Program-made: the position numbers and the translations under genes
From: Candidatus Dojkabacteria bacterium
Lineage (GTDB): Bacteria; Patescibacteriota; Dojkabacteria; B142; OLB20
Assembly: GCA_046753765.1 (NCBI GenBank)
Contig: JBHHUN010000002.1
Location: forward strand, 1,570-65,569
Direction of reading: 5' to 3'
Length of the DNA stretch: 64,000 nt
Part shown: one piece after another, positions 10,079 through 19,303 of the stretch
How the letters are laid out: every line of letters begins with the position of its first letter
How positions within the stretch are numbered: the stretch's first letter is position 1
Notes under the pieces: model-generated
The model's database searches: none
What the model was told of the DNA's origin: nothing
Seen by the model: the letters and a program-made list of their open reading frames with translations, nothing else

Positions 10079-10380
10079 TGTACCGAGCAAGTCCTTCGAA
10101 AAGTTGGAGAAGATACAAAGCGAGATATCTAGGCAGCCAGGATGGTAAATTATTGACCTGGTCAGTTGTACATGCCGCTCCAGAGGGGTTCGAGCAATAC
10201 GTACCTTACGTAATAGCAATACTCGAATTAAAAGATGGCAGCAGAATAACTACTCAAATCGTTGACATAGGCTCAAAGGAGTTGAAAAGAGGTATGAAAT
10301 TCAAGCCAGCATTCAGAAAACTTTCTTCTGATGGCGATGCTGGAGTGATCCATTATGGTGTGAAATATACACCTAGTTGA
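10078..10380 (+). CDS. DUF35 OB-fold scaffold of the thiolase/HMGS complex (no Zn ribbon)
   Basis: SWRRYKARY, GKLLTWSVVH, PYVIAILEL, FRK, GVIHYGVKY; operon position. Confidence 0.85.
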   Translation: MYRASPSKSWRRYKARYLGSQDGKLLTWSVVHAAPEGFEQYVPYVIAILELKDGSRITTQIVDIGSKELKRGMKFKPAFRKLSSDGDAGVIHYGVKYTPS

Positions 10381-10523
10381 GCTGAGACGTTGTGCGCTTT
10401 GCTAGAGTTAAAGCGAGTCTCGAGAAACAATCATCCCGAATACGTGTAGCCCGCAAGTATAAAAAGTAGTTTGCCCATCACGACAAATAGTTTATAATCT
10501 AGGCAATTAGACGAATATATGTA

Positions 10524-10922
10524 ATGGCTGACTTCAGTGGAAAATCAGTATTGGTTGTTGAAGATGACGGCAGCCTCAGACGTGCTCTAAAACAGGCGCT
10601 TCAAGGCGAAGGCATCGAAGTAATCGAAGCCGTGGATGGAAATGGGGCAGTTAATATGGCGCTTAGCGTGCATCCAGACCTCATTCTCCTGGACCTGATT
10701 ATGCCGAATATGGATGGAGTTGCTGCTTTGCAACGAATCAGAGAGGATGTTTGGGGGTTAACTGCTAAAGTGATTGTTCTCACCAATCTAGATGAAGATG
10801 ACACAGTTATTAACGAAATGGTGAAACAGCAACCGACATATTATCTTGTAAAAGCCCAAAACTCGCTAAACGAAGTCATCGAAAAGATCAAAGTTGTTCT
10901 TTCCGGCCCCGAATCTTCATAA
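10524..10922 (+). CDS. Single-domain response regulator receiver
   Basis: VVEDD, PDLILLDLIMP, LTN, YLVK. Confidence 0.9.
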   Translation: MADFSGKSVLVVEDDGSLRRALKQALQGEGIEVIEAVDGNGAVNMALSVHPDLILLDLIMPNMDGVAALQRIREDVWGLTAKVIVLTNLDEDDTVINEMVKQQPTYYLVKAQNSLNEVIEKIKVVLSGPESS

Positions 10923-10940
10923 TGTTTTCGTAAGTTTGAT

Positions 10941-11114
10941 ATGGATACTGACCAGGAACTCAAAATGGTGGAAGAGGCAAAAGGTGATATTCACGTCTTT
11001 GATAGGCTGTATGAGTACTATCTTCCAAAGATTCATGCTTACTGCCGCAACCGAGTAAGCTCGGTTGAGGTCGCTGAAGATTTAACAAGTCGGTTTCTCA
11101 TTTATACAAACTGA
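10941..11114 (+). pseudogene. Truncated ECF sigma factor (region 2 fragment)
   Basis: 57-aa ORF MDTDQELKMVEEAKGDIHVFDRLYEYYLPKIHAYCRNRVSSVEVAEDLTS then stop; no region 4. Confidence 0.7.
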
Positions 11115-11248
11115 TCAAACACTCACTTTCCCGACAGGTAATCAGGTAAGTGCCAAGCTTGCCGAAGACGGTTGGTTCAGTGCAGAAGATGGTGTAATGC
11201 TATCTGAAGGCTCAGCCGTGAGGATTCTTGGCGAAGGCCGTGCAATCA

Positions 11249-11740
11249 TCAATCTTGATGACGGGGCAGTGTATCTCTGACAGACTGTAAGTCTGTGCCT
11301 TGGTAGTTGGCTCTAATATGGATAAATAACTCTGTGAGCGCGTCTCCGGCTTGACTGGCTAGGGTTTTATTGCTTGGCACGGTTTGGGGGAGTCTAAATA
11401 GCGCGAATCTATTGCCTGATTCGGCAGCTGCGTGAAGTGCGTCTGGAATTACGTGAGAATCCGTTTCGGGGCTCACAGCTTGAACGAACGCTGTACACAC
11501 TTCACCAAGATTAGCGGCTAACGAATGATCACGGTCTACTACGCCAACTATCTCTTGATCCTTTCCTGGAAATATCGAGACACCAAAGACTCTCAAGTTA
11601 GTGTCTGCCGCATTTATGACTCTTTGTAACGGTTCTCCGATTAATAGCTCTCCTTGAATCAGCCTCAATGCGGGGGCCAAATCTCCGTACCTGCTCACAT
11701 CGATAGTTTCTGACATGACCAGATCATAAAGAGTGGTCAA
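11249..11740 (-). CDS. Hypothetical protein
   Basis: 163-aa ORF, no recognisable motif. Confidence 0.55.
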   Translation of the reverse strand: MTTLYDLVMSETIDVSRYGDLAPALRLIQGELLIGEPLQRVINAADTNLRVFGVSIFPGKDQEIVGVVDRDHSLAANLGEVCTAFVQAVSPETDSHVIPDALHAAAESGNRFALFRLPQTVPSNKTLASQAGDALTELFIHIRANYQGTDLQSVRDTLPRHQD

Positions 11741-11764
11741 TTATACGCCTGTAACCATGTAGAT

Positions 11765-14164
11765 TCAAGTTTGCACGGTACGACTGATCAATAAGCGATT
11801 TGTGATTGAAAACAAGACTAGGTACACCAGAGCCATCATGAGCACCATTGTCCACTGCCTCTCATCTAATACGTAGAGCCTGAATAGATCCCTAACTGGA
11901 GCGATTGCTATCCCGCCAAGATATAAAACAACGCCAATTAGAGCTATGAAAATATTTCTGTTAATTGAAAACATCTGGGGTATTGAAAAAGAGTTGTTGA
12001 TTACGCTGAGATAGTTCACCATCCCGCAAAGAATCAGAAACGAAAGGATAACGCCTCTGATAGCCGTTTGCGAATAGATATCGGTATACAGGTAGATGAA
12101 TATCAGACCGATCAGTCCGGCCAGTAGCCCCCCCGAGAAAATGAAGCGATAAAGGTTAGGCAAGAAATTGATTGCATCTGATCTTAACTTTGGTTTATCC
12201 AGAATTACCCATATCACTGGTAGAGAGCCATTTATAAACGCCAGATAAAACAATCCTAGCGGGTAAAATGGAAATAACAGACCGAGAAACAGTGTACCTA
12301 CAATCAATATTAGTGAGTAGACGTTCTTTACGACCAGAAGTTGTGTAGCTCGGAGCGTGTTTGCGAGAATAATCCTCCCCTGCTCAACCACGTCAGCCAA
12401 TTTAGCAATGTTGTCATCAATTAGAATGATGTCTGCGATCTTCTTGGTTACATTAGCCCCACTACCCATAGCGACACCAAGATTCGCCTGCTTTATGGCA
12501 AGCGCATCATTGACACCGTCACCGATCATTGCAACGTATCCATATACCTTCTGATAAGATTTTATAATTTCAACCTTCTGTTCTGGTGTAACGCGAGCAA
12601 AAACGTCATTACTTATAACCACCTCGTCAAAATCTGCCTGATTTTTGTTTTCAAGCTCTTTGCCAGAAGTATAATGACTGATTGAGGGGATATTTAGCTG
12701 ACTGATCAACGCTCTCAGTGTTTCAGGATGATCCCCGGAAATGATCACAGGTTTGATCTCCTGGTTGATGAAGCTATCGATGATGCTTTTTGCTCCTCTT
12801 CTTAGTTTATCCTCCAGACTTATGAATGCGAGCGTATCAAAGCCCTTCTTCTGCCTTTCAATATCTGAGTTTTCAGAAGTTTTCACTTTGCGGTAAAGGA
12901 TAACAAGATTCCTTCTTCCAAGCGAGGCATATTTTGTCTCCAGGCTGCTTAAGACCTCTCTGTTTTTCTCGCTAGTGTAACTCCCCAGACTGTCCAAAGA
13001 ACCCAGTAGCAGTTGATATCTTTGCTTTTTATAGACGATATCTAGCCCACTGAGCTTTCGCCTCGATGTAAAAGGGATCTGCTTTAGCACTTTCACATCT
13101 TTCCCTCTTGGTTTACCATTAAGTCCATCTCTAATAGCTAATATGGTCTTGTTTTGCTCCAGGGTGTTGTTACAAAATACTGAGGTCAGCTCTGAAGCCC
13201 TCTCCCCGTCAGCCAGATTGATGAAGTCCTCCATCTTGAGTTTGTTTTCGGTGATAGTACCCGTCTTGTCCATACAAAGCACCTTTATACTTGCCAACGT
13301 TTCGATTGTGTTTGCTTTCTGGACAATGATCTTTTTGCGTGCCATTCTTAGTGCCCCTAGAACAAAGGCAATGGTTACTGACAGCACAATCCCCTGCGGT
13401 ACCATTGAATTGATAACCGAAACGATAGCATTCACAATTTCCACTTCAGACGAGTTTGAGGTGATAGTATTGATGGTTAGCAACACGGCGATCACAGCTA
13501 TTGTAATGTAGGTAAGTGTCTTAAGGATTAGGTTGACCCTGGCCTGTAGTGGTGAAAGATATGATATATAGGATCTTGCTTCTGTTGTGATTTTGTTCAC
13601 AAAACTTTCGTTGCCAACAGAGTCAGCGCTGTAATATCCCTTTCCGGCAACGATAAATGATCCAGATAAAAGTCTGTCCCCCGGCTCTTTCTTTGCGTAC
13701 TCCGATTCGCCGCTTAGAATAGATTCGTCAACCGATAAAGCCTCTTCGTTAATAATGTCGCCATCGACATGCAGATACTTGCCACTTTCGAGCTTTATTA
13801 CATCGTCAACCACGATTTCTTCTGGCTTTATCTCTACGTCCTGTCCGTCTCTGACCACAGTGACCTTTTCAGGATTTAGAAAGTTGATCTGTTTAATTGA
13901 GTTTCGTGCTTTGATCTCCTGCACTATGGAGATAATCATATTAGTAATGATCACGAGAGAGACCAAAAATGCATCTTTTACCTGATCAAAAAGTATGAGG
14001 AACCCAATTGAGATAAAGATAATGGCGTTGGGCAGATCAATGAGGTTAGAAAACACAATGAGAACGATCGACTTTGACTGTGGATCCTCACCAACGTTGA
14101 CTCTTCCTTCTCTGCTTCGCTTTTCGACTTCGCTTTTGGTTAAACCAGTAATTTGCTCTGACAT
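11765..14164 (-). CDS. P-type ATPase (CtpE-like)
   Basis: DKTGT, SGES, GDGVND, multiple TM segments; TM4 reads PQG. Confidence 0.93.
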   Translation of the reverse strand: MSEQITGLTKSEVEKRSREGRVNVGEDPQSKSIVLIVFSNLIDLPNAIIFISIGFLILFDQVKDAFLVSLVIITNMIISIVQEIKARNSIKQINFLNPEKVTVVRDGQDVEIKPEEIVVDDVIKLESGKYLHVDGDIINEEALSVDESILSGESEYAKKEPGDRLLSGSFIVAGKGYYSADSVGNESFVNKITTEARSYISYLSPLQARVNLILKTLTYITIAVIAVLLTINTITSNSSEVEIVNAIVSVINSMVPQGIVLSVTIAFVLGALRMARKKIIVQKANTIETLASIKVLCMDKTGTITENKLKMEDFINLADGERASELTSVFCNNTLEQNKTILAIRDGLNGKPRGKDVKVLKQIPFTSRRKLSGLDIVYKKQRYQLLLGSLDSLGSYTSEKNREVLSSLETKYASLGRRNLVILYRKVKTSENSDIERQKKGFDTLAFISLEDKLRRGAKSIIDSFINQEIKPVIISGDHPETLRALISQLNIPSISHYTSGKELENKNQADFDEVVISNDVFARVTPEQKVEIIKSYQKVYGYVAMIGDGVNDALAIKQANLGVAMGSGANVTKKIADIILIDDNIAKLADVVEQGRIILANTLRATQLLVVKNVYSLILIVGTLFLGLLFPFYPLGLFYLAFINGSLPVIWVILDKPKLRSDAINFLPNLYRFIFSGGLLAGLIGLIFIYLYTDIYSQTAIRGVILSFLILCGMVNYLSVINNSFSIPQMFSINRNIFIALIGVVLYLGGIAIAPVRDLFRLYVLDERQWTMVLMMALVYLVLFSITNRLLISRTVQT

Positions 14165-14192
14165 AAAAAGGTATTGACCGTAATGGATATTG

Positions 14193-14210
14193 TACCTGAT
14201 TAATCAGGTA
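14193..14210. promoter_or_regulatory. Perfect 18-bp palindrome upstream of P-type ATPase
   Basis: TACCTGATTAATCAGGTA, about 30 bp before the start codon. Confidence 0.45.
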
Positions 14211-14390
14211 ACTCAAATCCCCATCTGTCGCGAGAGAGCCTGCGTTTATTGTAGGTGATAAGCAGTAGACCAAAAAGGCTGAGTTTTATCGTCTTGGAGC
14301 TGTTTTCGACGTGTATGATCATGGTAATAGACAAGTATGGCATGCATATACCACATCTGTGGGAAGAACCGCATTGTGTTGCAGCACAAA

Positions 14391-15380
14391 TTAGAGCTTT
14401 TTCAGGAATTTGAAGTAAAACAGCAGAGTGGATACGGAAATCAAGGCTATCCCCCCGCCAACGAGTAAGTGCCCGGGTTGTATCTGCTCGAAGGAAAGCG
14501 TTTGTTGTGGTAGCGAAGCGACAGGTGTAGCCGTAGGAACCTCAGCAAGCACATTGGACTCGTTCAAGGATCCTGTAGCAAACTCTGCCTCGGTAATGTT
14601 TCCAGATGCAGTAATGAATTCAATGTTTGTATCCACCCTTACGGCAAAGCCTGTATTCGCGACAAAACAGGGGGATTGGTTATTGTTCGCACTTTGAATA
14701 GACGAGACTACACCAACTAGATTGTTTGTACCATCCTCAAAGATAGGGCTGCCGCTATCACCAAGGCATAGCCCGCCGTCTAAACCAGTGACCTTGAGTG
14801 TATTTTCGTTGATCTCGTTAATGCATATGCGAGCACTCTTGCGTGGTCTGTTTAAAGATAAGACAGCTGTGTCATCCTCTGTTCTGCCGTATGCTACAAC
14901 GCGATACCGACAAGTTGTATCAACTTCTCCTCTGACAGCAAATTGTGTAGAGTCAGGCGGACTGGCTTCGAGATTAAAAACAGCCAGGTCGTTGGTGCTT
15001 GTCTGTCCATTCCAGCCTGGAAGCTGTGTTGCATCTGAGACCTCTGCAAGATTAGAGGGGTTTGTTGTGAATTCACCTACACCTGCAAAATAACTGCTGC
15101 CGTTGTCTATGCAGTGAGCTGCAGTGACACCAGTTGTTGGAGCAATTAAGGCAAAGCCACAAAGGTTCCCCTGATTCTCTTCGTCGTAACTGACCATGAA
15201 ACCAGCAAAAGGGTAGCTGGCCTCTAGCTGTCCACCAAATAGAGCTGATGTGTCCTCTGGTGTTACATCTGTCTTTTGTTGCAGGCTTACATTGATGAGG
15301 ATAGCCGCGCCGACCCCAACACCAATAAGTCCAAGCACGAGAAGTGCAGTGAGCGGCGATTTTCTGATTTTATCTAACAT
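14391..15380 (-). CDS. Trypsin-like (S1) serine protease with N- and C-terminal TM anchors
   Basis: TAAHC, NDLAV, GDSGSP triad motifs. Confidence 0.9.
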   Translation of the reverse strand: MLDKIRKSPLTALLVLGLIGVGVGAAILINVSLQQKTDVTPEDTSALFGGQLEASYPFAGFMVSYDEENQGNLCGFALIAPTTGVTAAHCIDNGSSYFAGVGEFTTNPSNLAEVSDATQLPGWNGQTSTNDLAVFNLEASPPDSTQFAVRGEVDTTCRYRVVAYGRTEDDTAVLSLNRPRKSARICINEINENTLKVTGLDGGLCLGDSGSPIFEDGTNNLVGVVSSIQSANNNQSPCFVANTGFAVRVDTNIEFITASGNITEAEFATGSLNESNVLAEVPTATPVASLPQQTLSFEQIQPGHLLVGGGIALISVSTLLFYFKFLKKL

Positions 15381-15456
15381 GTAGATGTTATTTTCTTAAA
15401 AATACCATAGAGCTGTTTGTATTTGAAGTTAGGCCTATATTGCGAAGAGTGGGAGC

Positions 15457-15933
15457 TTATGGAAGAGGAATTTCAAGCGTTAATATAGCCTTCTTGAAGC
15501 CATGTCTCTCATAAAAACGTAGACCCTCAGAGTTCTTGACATGCTGCATTACGGTTATTCTTTTAGCGTCGAGTTTCTTTACATCATCTTTAAACCTCTC
15601 AATGAGTTTTGATCCGATACCTTTACTGCGGTGCTCAGGGAGAACGAACAAATTGATGATCTCTGCGGTTTTCTTGGGGATTCTCCACTCAACGTCATGA
15701 ACCTTACAAACCAAGTAACCAACAATACTGCCCTCGACACTAGCAAGAAGGACTACGCCATTATCGCTCACAATCTGCCTGGCAAAAAATTCTCTTCCAG
15801 GAGACCTTTCGCCCCAGGTGGGATCATATGAGTCATCTTTGTACTTTTTCGTCTCATATTCCGTAAGAGCTTTTGCAAACTGACTTACCTGCTTGAGGTC
15901 TGTTAATTCTGCTTCTCTTATGTGGATTTTCAT
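15457..15933 (-). CDS. GNAT acetyltransferase
   Basis: VLPEHRSKGIGSKL, FYERHGF. Confidence 0.9.
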   Translation of the reverse strand: MKIHIREAELTDLKQVSQFAKALTEYETKKYKDDSYDPTWGERSPGREFFARQIVSDNGVVLLASVEGSIVGYLVCKVHDVEWRIPKKTAEIINLFVLPEHRSKGIGSKLIERFKDDVKKLDAKRITVMQHVKNSEGLRFYERHGFKKAILTLEIPLP

Positions 15934-15951
15934 TATGGAAGAGTGCTTATC

Positions 15952-16028
15952 TGGTGGGCACCAAGGGACTCGAACCCCTAACCTATTCGGTGTAAACGAA
16001 TTGCTCTAACCAGTTGAGCTAGGTGCCC
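15952..16028 (-). tRNA. tRNA-Val(TAC)
   Basis: GGGCACCTAGCTCAACTGG...TTTACAC...GTTCGAGTCC...GCCCACCA. Confidence 0.97.
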
Positions 16029-16069
16029 AGAAGTTTTCAATTATACTATACCTCGCAAACTTGTAACTT

Positions 16070-16171
16070 TGGTGCCGAGGGCCGGATTTTTCAATGCAGA
16101 CTTTGCTTTTACAAACGCAGTGAAGTAAAAGTAATAGTCAAATTAATCCCGACAAAGTCGGGAGAACCGGC
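16070..16171 (-). repeat. Duplicated tRNA-Phe T-arm/3' end with 74-nt structured insert
   Basis: 16070-16089 is identical to tRNA 16205-16224 and 16164-16171 to 16225-16232; the insert contains the palindrome TCCCGAC-AAA-GTCGGGA. Confidence 0.8.
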
Positions 16172-16204
16172 TCACTCTTAGCGCCTGATATAACTAATTT
16201 TCAA

Positions 16205-16280
16205 TGGTGCCGAGGGCCGGATTTGAACCGGCGACACCGCGATTTTCAGTCGCGTGCTCTACCAACTGAGCTACCTCGGC
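16205..16280 (-). tRNA. tRNA-Phe(GAA)
   Basis: GCCGAGGTAGCTCAGTTGG...CTGAAAA...GTTCAAATCC...GGCACCA. Confidence 0.97.
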
Positions 16281-16341
16281 CCGACACCGTGAACACTCTA
16301 AAACAGTATAGATTATATTGAAATTCAGGGATATTCACAAG

Positions 16342-17460
16342 TTACAGAAAGTAAATCCAGACCCCTAAAAGCATACTGGCGATAGCAAAAAGCCAAAAAC
16401 GCATGACTACTTTCTCTTCGCTCCAGCCAAGTAACTCAAAGTGATGGTGTAAGGGTGCCATTCTGAAAAATCTACGACCAAAGAACCTTCTATATATGCT
16501 CTGAATTACAACACTAGCAATTTCAATTACAAACGGTAACCCAAAGGCTAAAAGAAGAATTGGCTTGTCGAGTGCAAAAGCAGCCGTTGTGAGCAGTGAT
16601 CCAAGCGCGAAAGCCCCAACGTCTCCCATCTGTACCCTGGCAGGCGCAACATTAAAATACAGGTACATCACAAGCGAACCGATAACAGTCCCTGTTAGTA
16701 AGGCCATTGAAGTGTTTCCCTCTAGTGTAGCAATTACAAGAAACCCACCAAATGCAGGTAGTAATATTCCTGCCGAGAGTCCATCCATTCCATCAGTTAT
16801 GTTGACTGCATTTGTCATGGCAACAAGTGTAAACGTAGCAAAAGGAATTACTAAAAACGAAATATTGATTCCTCCAATAAATGGCAACCAGACAAATCCT
16901 GGATCGAGTACTACACCTGAAGTAAAAAACCAGTAACCCAACAATAACCCAAGTGCCGTTTGTACCAGGAGTCTCTCGTGAGCGAACAAACCTTTTCCGG
17001 GGTGTGACTCAAATACATGGACAAGTCTCGAGTAAAATGCCCATGGGTAGGTCAATACCAGTTTGAAGCGCATGAACTGGCTTTTGTGAACCGCTATAAG
17101 CTTTCGCACTCGACTAAGTGGCCTAAGCTTCCGCGCTTTGCCATAAATATTCAACACATCGTCAATTCCCCCAAGTAAGGCGGAAAGAACAAATATCACT
17201 ATAGGAATATCGGTGAAAGTGTCAAAGTTGGCAATCAGGTTCATAAAAGCTATAGGAAGAATAATCATGAGCCCCCCCATAATAGGAGTGCCAGCCTTCT
17301 CTTTTCGGCTCTCTATTAATGCTGAGAAATCAACATCGAAATGGCGAACAATATCAAACTTGTATAGGAGGGCAATCAGGGGAAAGGCGATCACCCCAGT
17401 AAGCAGTGTCGAAAAAATGATGTACGTAATCACCTGAAACGTGTCTATCCCATTAATCAT
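16342..17460 (-). CDS. mraY: Phospho-N-acetylmuramoyl-pentapeptide transferase
   Basis: KAGTPIMGG, GGIDD, NAVNITDGMDGL, MGDVG, MAPLHHHFE. Confidence 0.95.
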   Translation of the reverse strand: MINGIDTFQVITYIIFSTLLTGVIAFPLIALLYKFDIVRHFDVDFSALIESRKEKAGTPIMGGLMIILPIAFMNLIANFDTFTDIPIVIFVLSALLGGIDDVLNIYGKARKLRPLSRVRKLIAVHKSQFMRFKLVLTYPWAFYSRLVHVFESHPGKGLFAHERLLVQTALGLLLGYWFFTSGVVLDPGFVWLPFIGGINISFLVIPFATFTLVAMTNAVNITDGMDGLSAGILLPAFGGFLVIATLEGNTSMALLTGTVIGSLVMYLYFNVAPARVQMGDVGAFALGSLLTTAAFALDKPILLLAFGLPFVIEIASVVIQSIYRRFFGRRFFRMAPLHHHFELLGWSEEKVVMRFWLFAIASMLLGVWIYFL

Positions 17461-17538
17461 AGTATTTCAACTCATTGCACCATTTTAATACTTTTGGTCG
17501 ATTAAACAAAGAGGGTTTTGTGTTATCATTTCCTAGCA

Positions 17539-17742
17539 ATGATTAAGAAACTCATAACACCGATGCAAAAAGTCTTGCTAAGGCGTAGACTGTGTCCTGC
17601 GTGTACCAGACCACTAGACAAGGCGTTGTTAAGAGAAAGCCGTACCAATAGTACCAACCTGATTGAATGTAACTGTACGCGTCTTTTCATATACGATAAA
17701 GATGTAGATACGTTCAGACGTGCCCTGCAGCACGAAGTGTAG
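17539..17742 (+). CDS. Small zinc-ribbon protein upstream of uvrC
   Basis: CPAC...CNC motif; likely start MIKKLIT. Confidence 0.6.
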   Translation: MIKKLITPMQKVLLRRRLCPACTRPLDKALLRESRTNSTNLIECNCTRLFIYDKDVDTFRRALQHEV

Positions 17743-17754
17743 CTTCCAGATCAG

Positions 17755-19287
17755 ATGAGAATCCAAATCAGAAATAAAAAACACCTAACTGAGCTTCCAA
17801 AGGCGCCAGGCTGTTATATATATCGCGACAAAAAGGGAAAAGTTCTATATATCGGTAAGGCTCGAATTCTGATTAATCGAGTTAGGAGTTATTTTCAAAA
17901 AAGCGCGCAACTTGAGCCGAAGATCGCTATGATGGTCGAGTTGATTCACTCGGTGGAGACAATAGTCACAGACTCCGAGCTTGAGGCTTTGATCCTTGAA
18001 ACAAACCTGATCAAGAAATACAAGCCCAAGTACAACTCAATGCTCAAAGACGATAAAAGTTATATCTGGTTGATGTTTGACAAAAGGGTTCCGTTCCCTA
18101 TTCCACAGATTGTAAGAGAAAAACGGGTCAAAAATGCAGACTACCTCGGACCATTCTCAAATACAATGCCAGTCAGGAGAATACTTCGCATGCTTAGAAA
18201 GATATTTCCCTACTGTACCGACAAAGAAAAGCTACGAAGGTCAAGTTCGTCCAAGTTTAAGAAGGAGCAACTGAAGCCATGTTTTCACTACTATCTCGAC
18301 CTTTGTGAAGGAATTTGTGTGCGAGAAGAATCAAAATCCGAGTATCGTAAAAAGCTGAGCCAGATAAAGCGATTTTTCAAAAACGAGAAAAATGAGATAT
18401 TAAAAGAAATGACATCAAAGATGCGGAAGACTTCTGCACTAAAAGATTACGAACAAGCTGCAAAACTTCGTGACAAGATATTAGACCTGGAATATATCAG
18501 CCAGAGGATCACGATTGATCAACGATACGATGAGGACCTGTTCAAAAAGGACAAGTCAGATCGCGCAGTTAAAGCCCTGGAAGAACTCATAGGCAAACTG
18601 GATAAACTATCTCTCGTGAATCAGCAGGGTTTTAAGATAGAGTGTTACGACATCTCAAACATACAGGGAAAGTACGCAGTCGGCTCGATGGTTGTGTTTG
18701 TTGATGGTAAGCCTTCAAAAAAGCTATACAGAAAGTTCAAGATTAAAACAAAAGATACACCAGATGACTTCTTGATGATGAAAGAGGTATTAAAGAGGAG
18801 ATTTTCAATTGACAACAAGAAGCGAGGTGACGAGAGTTTCAGACAGGAGCCAGATCTCATCATTATTGACGGTGGGAAAGGACAACTGAGTTCGGCATAC
18901 AAGGTATTGTCAGACCTGGACCTCGAGGTTGCTGTCATAGGTCTTGCAAAAAAGTTTGAGGAGGTCTTTATGATTGAGCCATCAAAAGATGATGAAGGAT
19001 GGGAATTTATCAAAAGAACCATGAGACGTGGATCGGAGTCGAAATTTTTGGTCCAACGAATAAGGGATGAATCTCATAGGTTTGCAATTAACTATCACAG
19101 AAATCTCCGGAGTACAGGCCAAACCAAGTCTGTACTGGATTCAATTCCCGGAGTTGGCAAACTCACAAGAAACAGATTACTTAAAGCGTTTGGAAGCGTA
19201 GAGGGCGTTCGCAAGGCAAAAGATGAGGAGCTGCAACAGGTGATTAAGAACAGGTCAACTCTCACGAAGCTTAGAAGGCTCCTATAA
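17755..19287 (+). CDS. uvrC: Excinuclease ABC subunit C
   Basis: GIY-YIG (PGCY...YIGKA), UVR, YDISN, IDGGKGQ, RDESHRFA, HhH. Confidence 0.97.
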   Translation: MRIQIRNKKHLTELPKAPGCYIYRDKKGKVLYIGKARILINRVRSYFQKSAQLEPKIAMMVELIHSVETIVTDSELEALILETNLIKKYKPKYNSMLKDDKSYIWLMFDKRVPFPIPQIVREKRVKNADYLGPFSNTMPVRRILRMLRKIFPYCTDKEKLRRSSSSKFKKEQLKPCFHYYLDLCEGICVREESKSEYRKKLSQIKRFFKNEKNEILKEMTSKMRKTSALKDYEQAAKLRDKILDLEYISQRITIDQRYDEDLFKKDKSDRAVKALEELIGKLDKLSLVNQQGFKIECYDISNIQGKYAVGSMVVFVDGKPSKKLYRKFKIKTKDTPDDFLMMKEVLKRRFSIDNKKRGDESFRQEPDLIIIDGGKGQLSSAYKVLSDLDLEVAVIGLAKKFEEVFMIEPSKDDEGWEFIKRTMRRGSESKFLVQRIRDESHRFAINYHRNLRSTGQTKSVLDSIPGVGKLTRNRLLKAFGSVEGVRKAKDEELQQVIKNRSTLTKLRRLL

Positions 19288-19303
19288 GGAGTAGTCTAGC
19301 AGG

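Noticed and set aside
11139-14211. TAATCAGGTAA repeated near 11139 and at 14201 as mobile-element ends
   Set aside because: An 11-bp match is compatible with chance and no recombinase lies between
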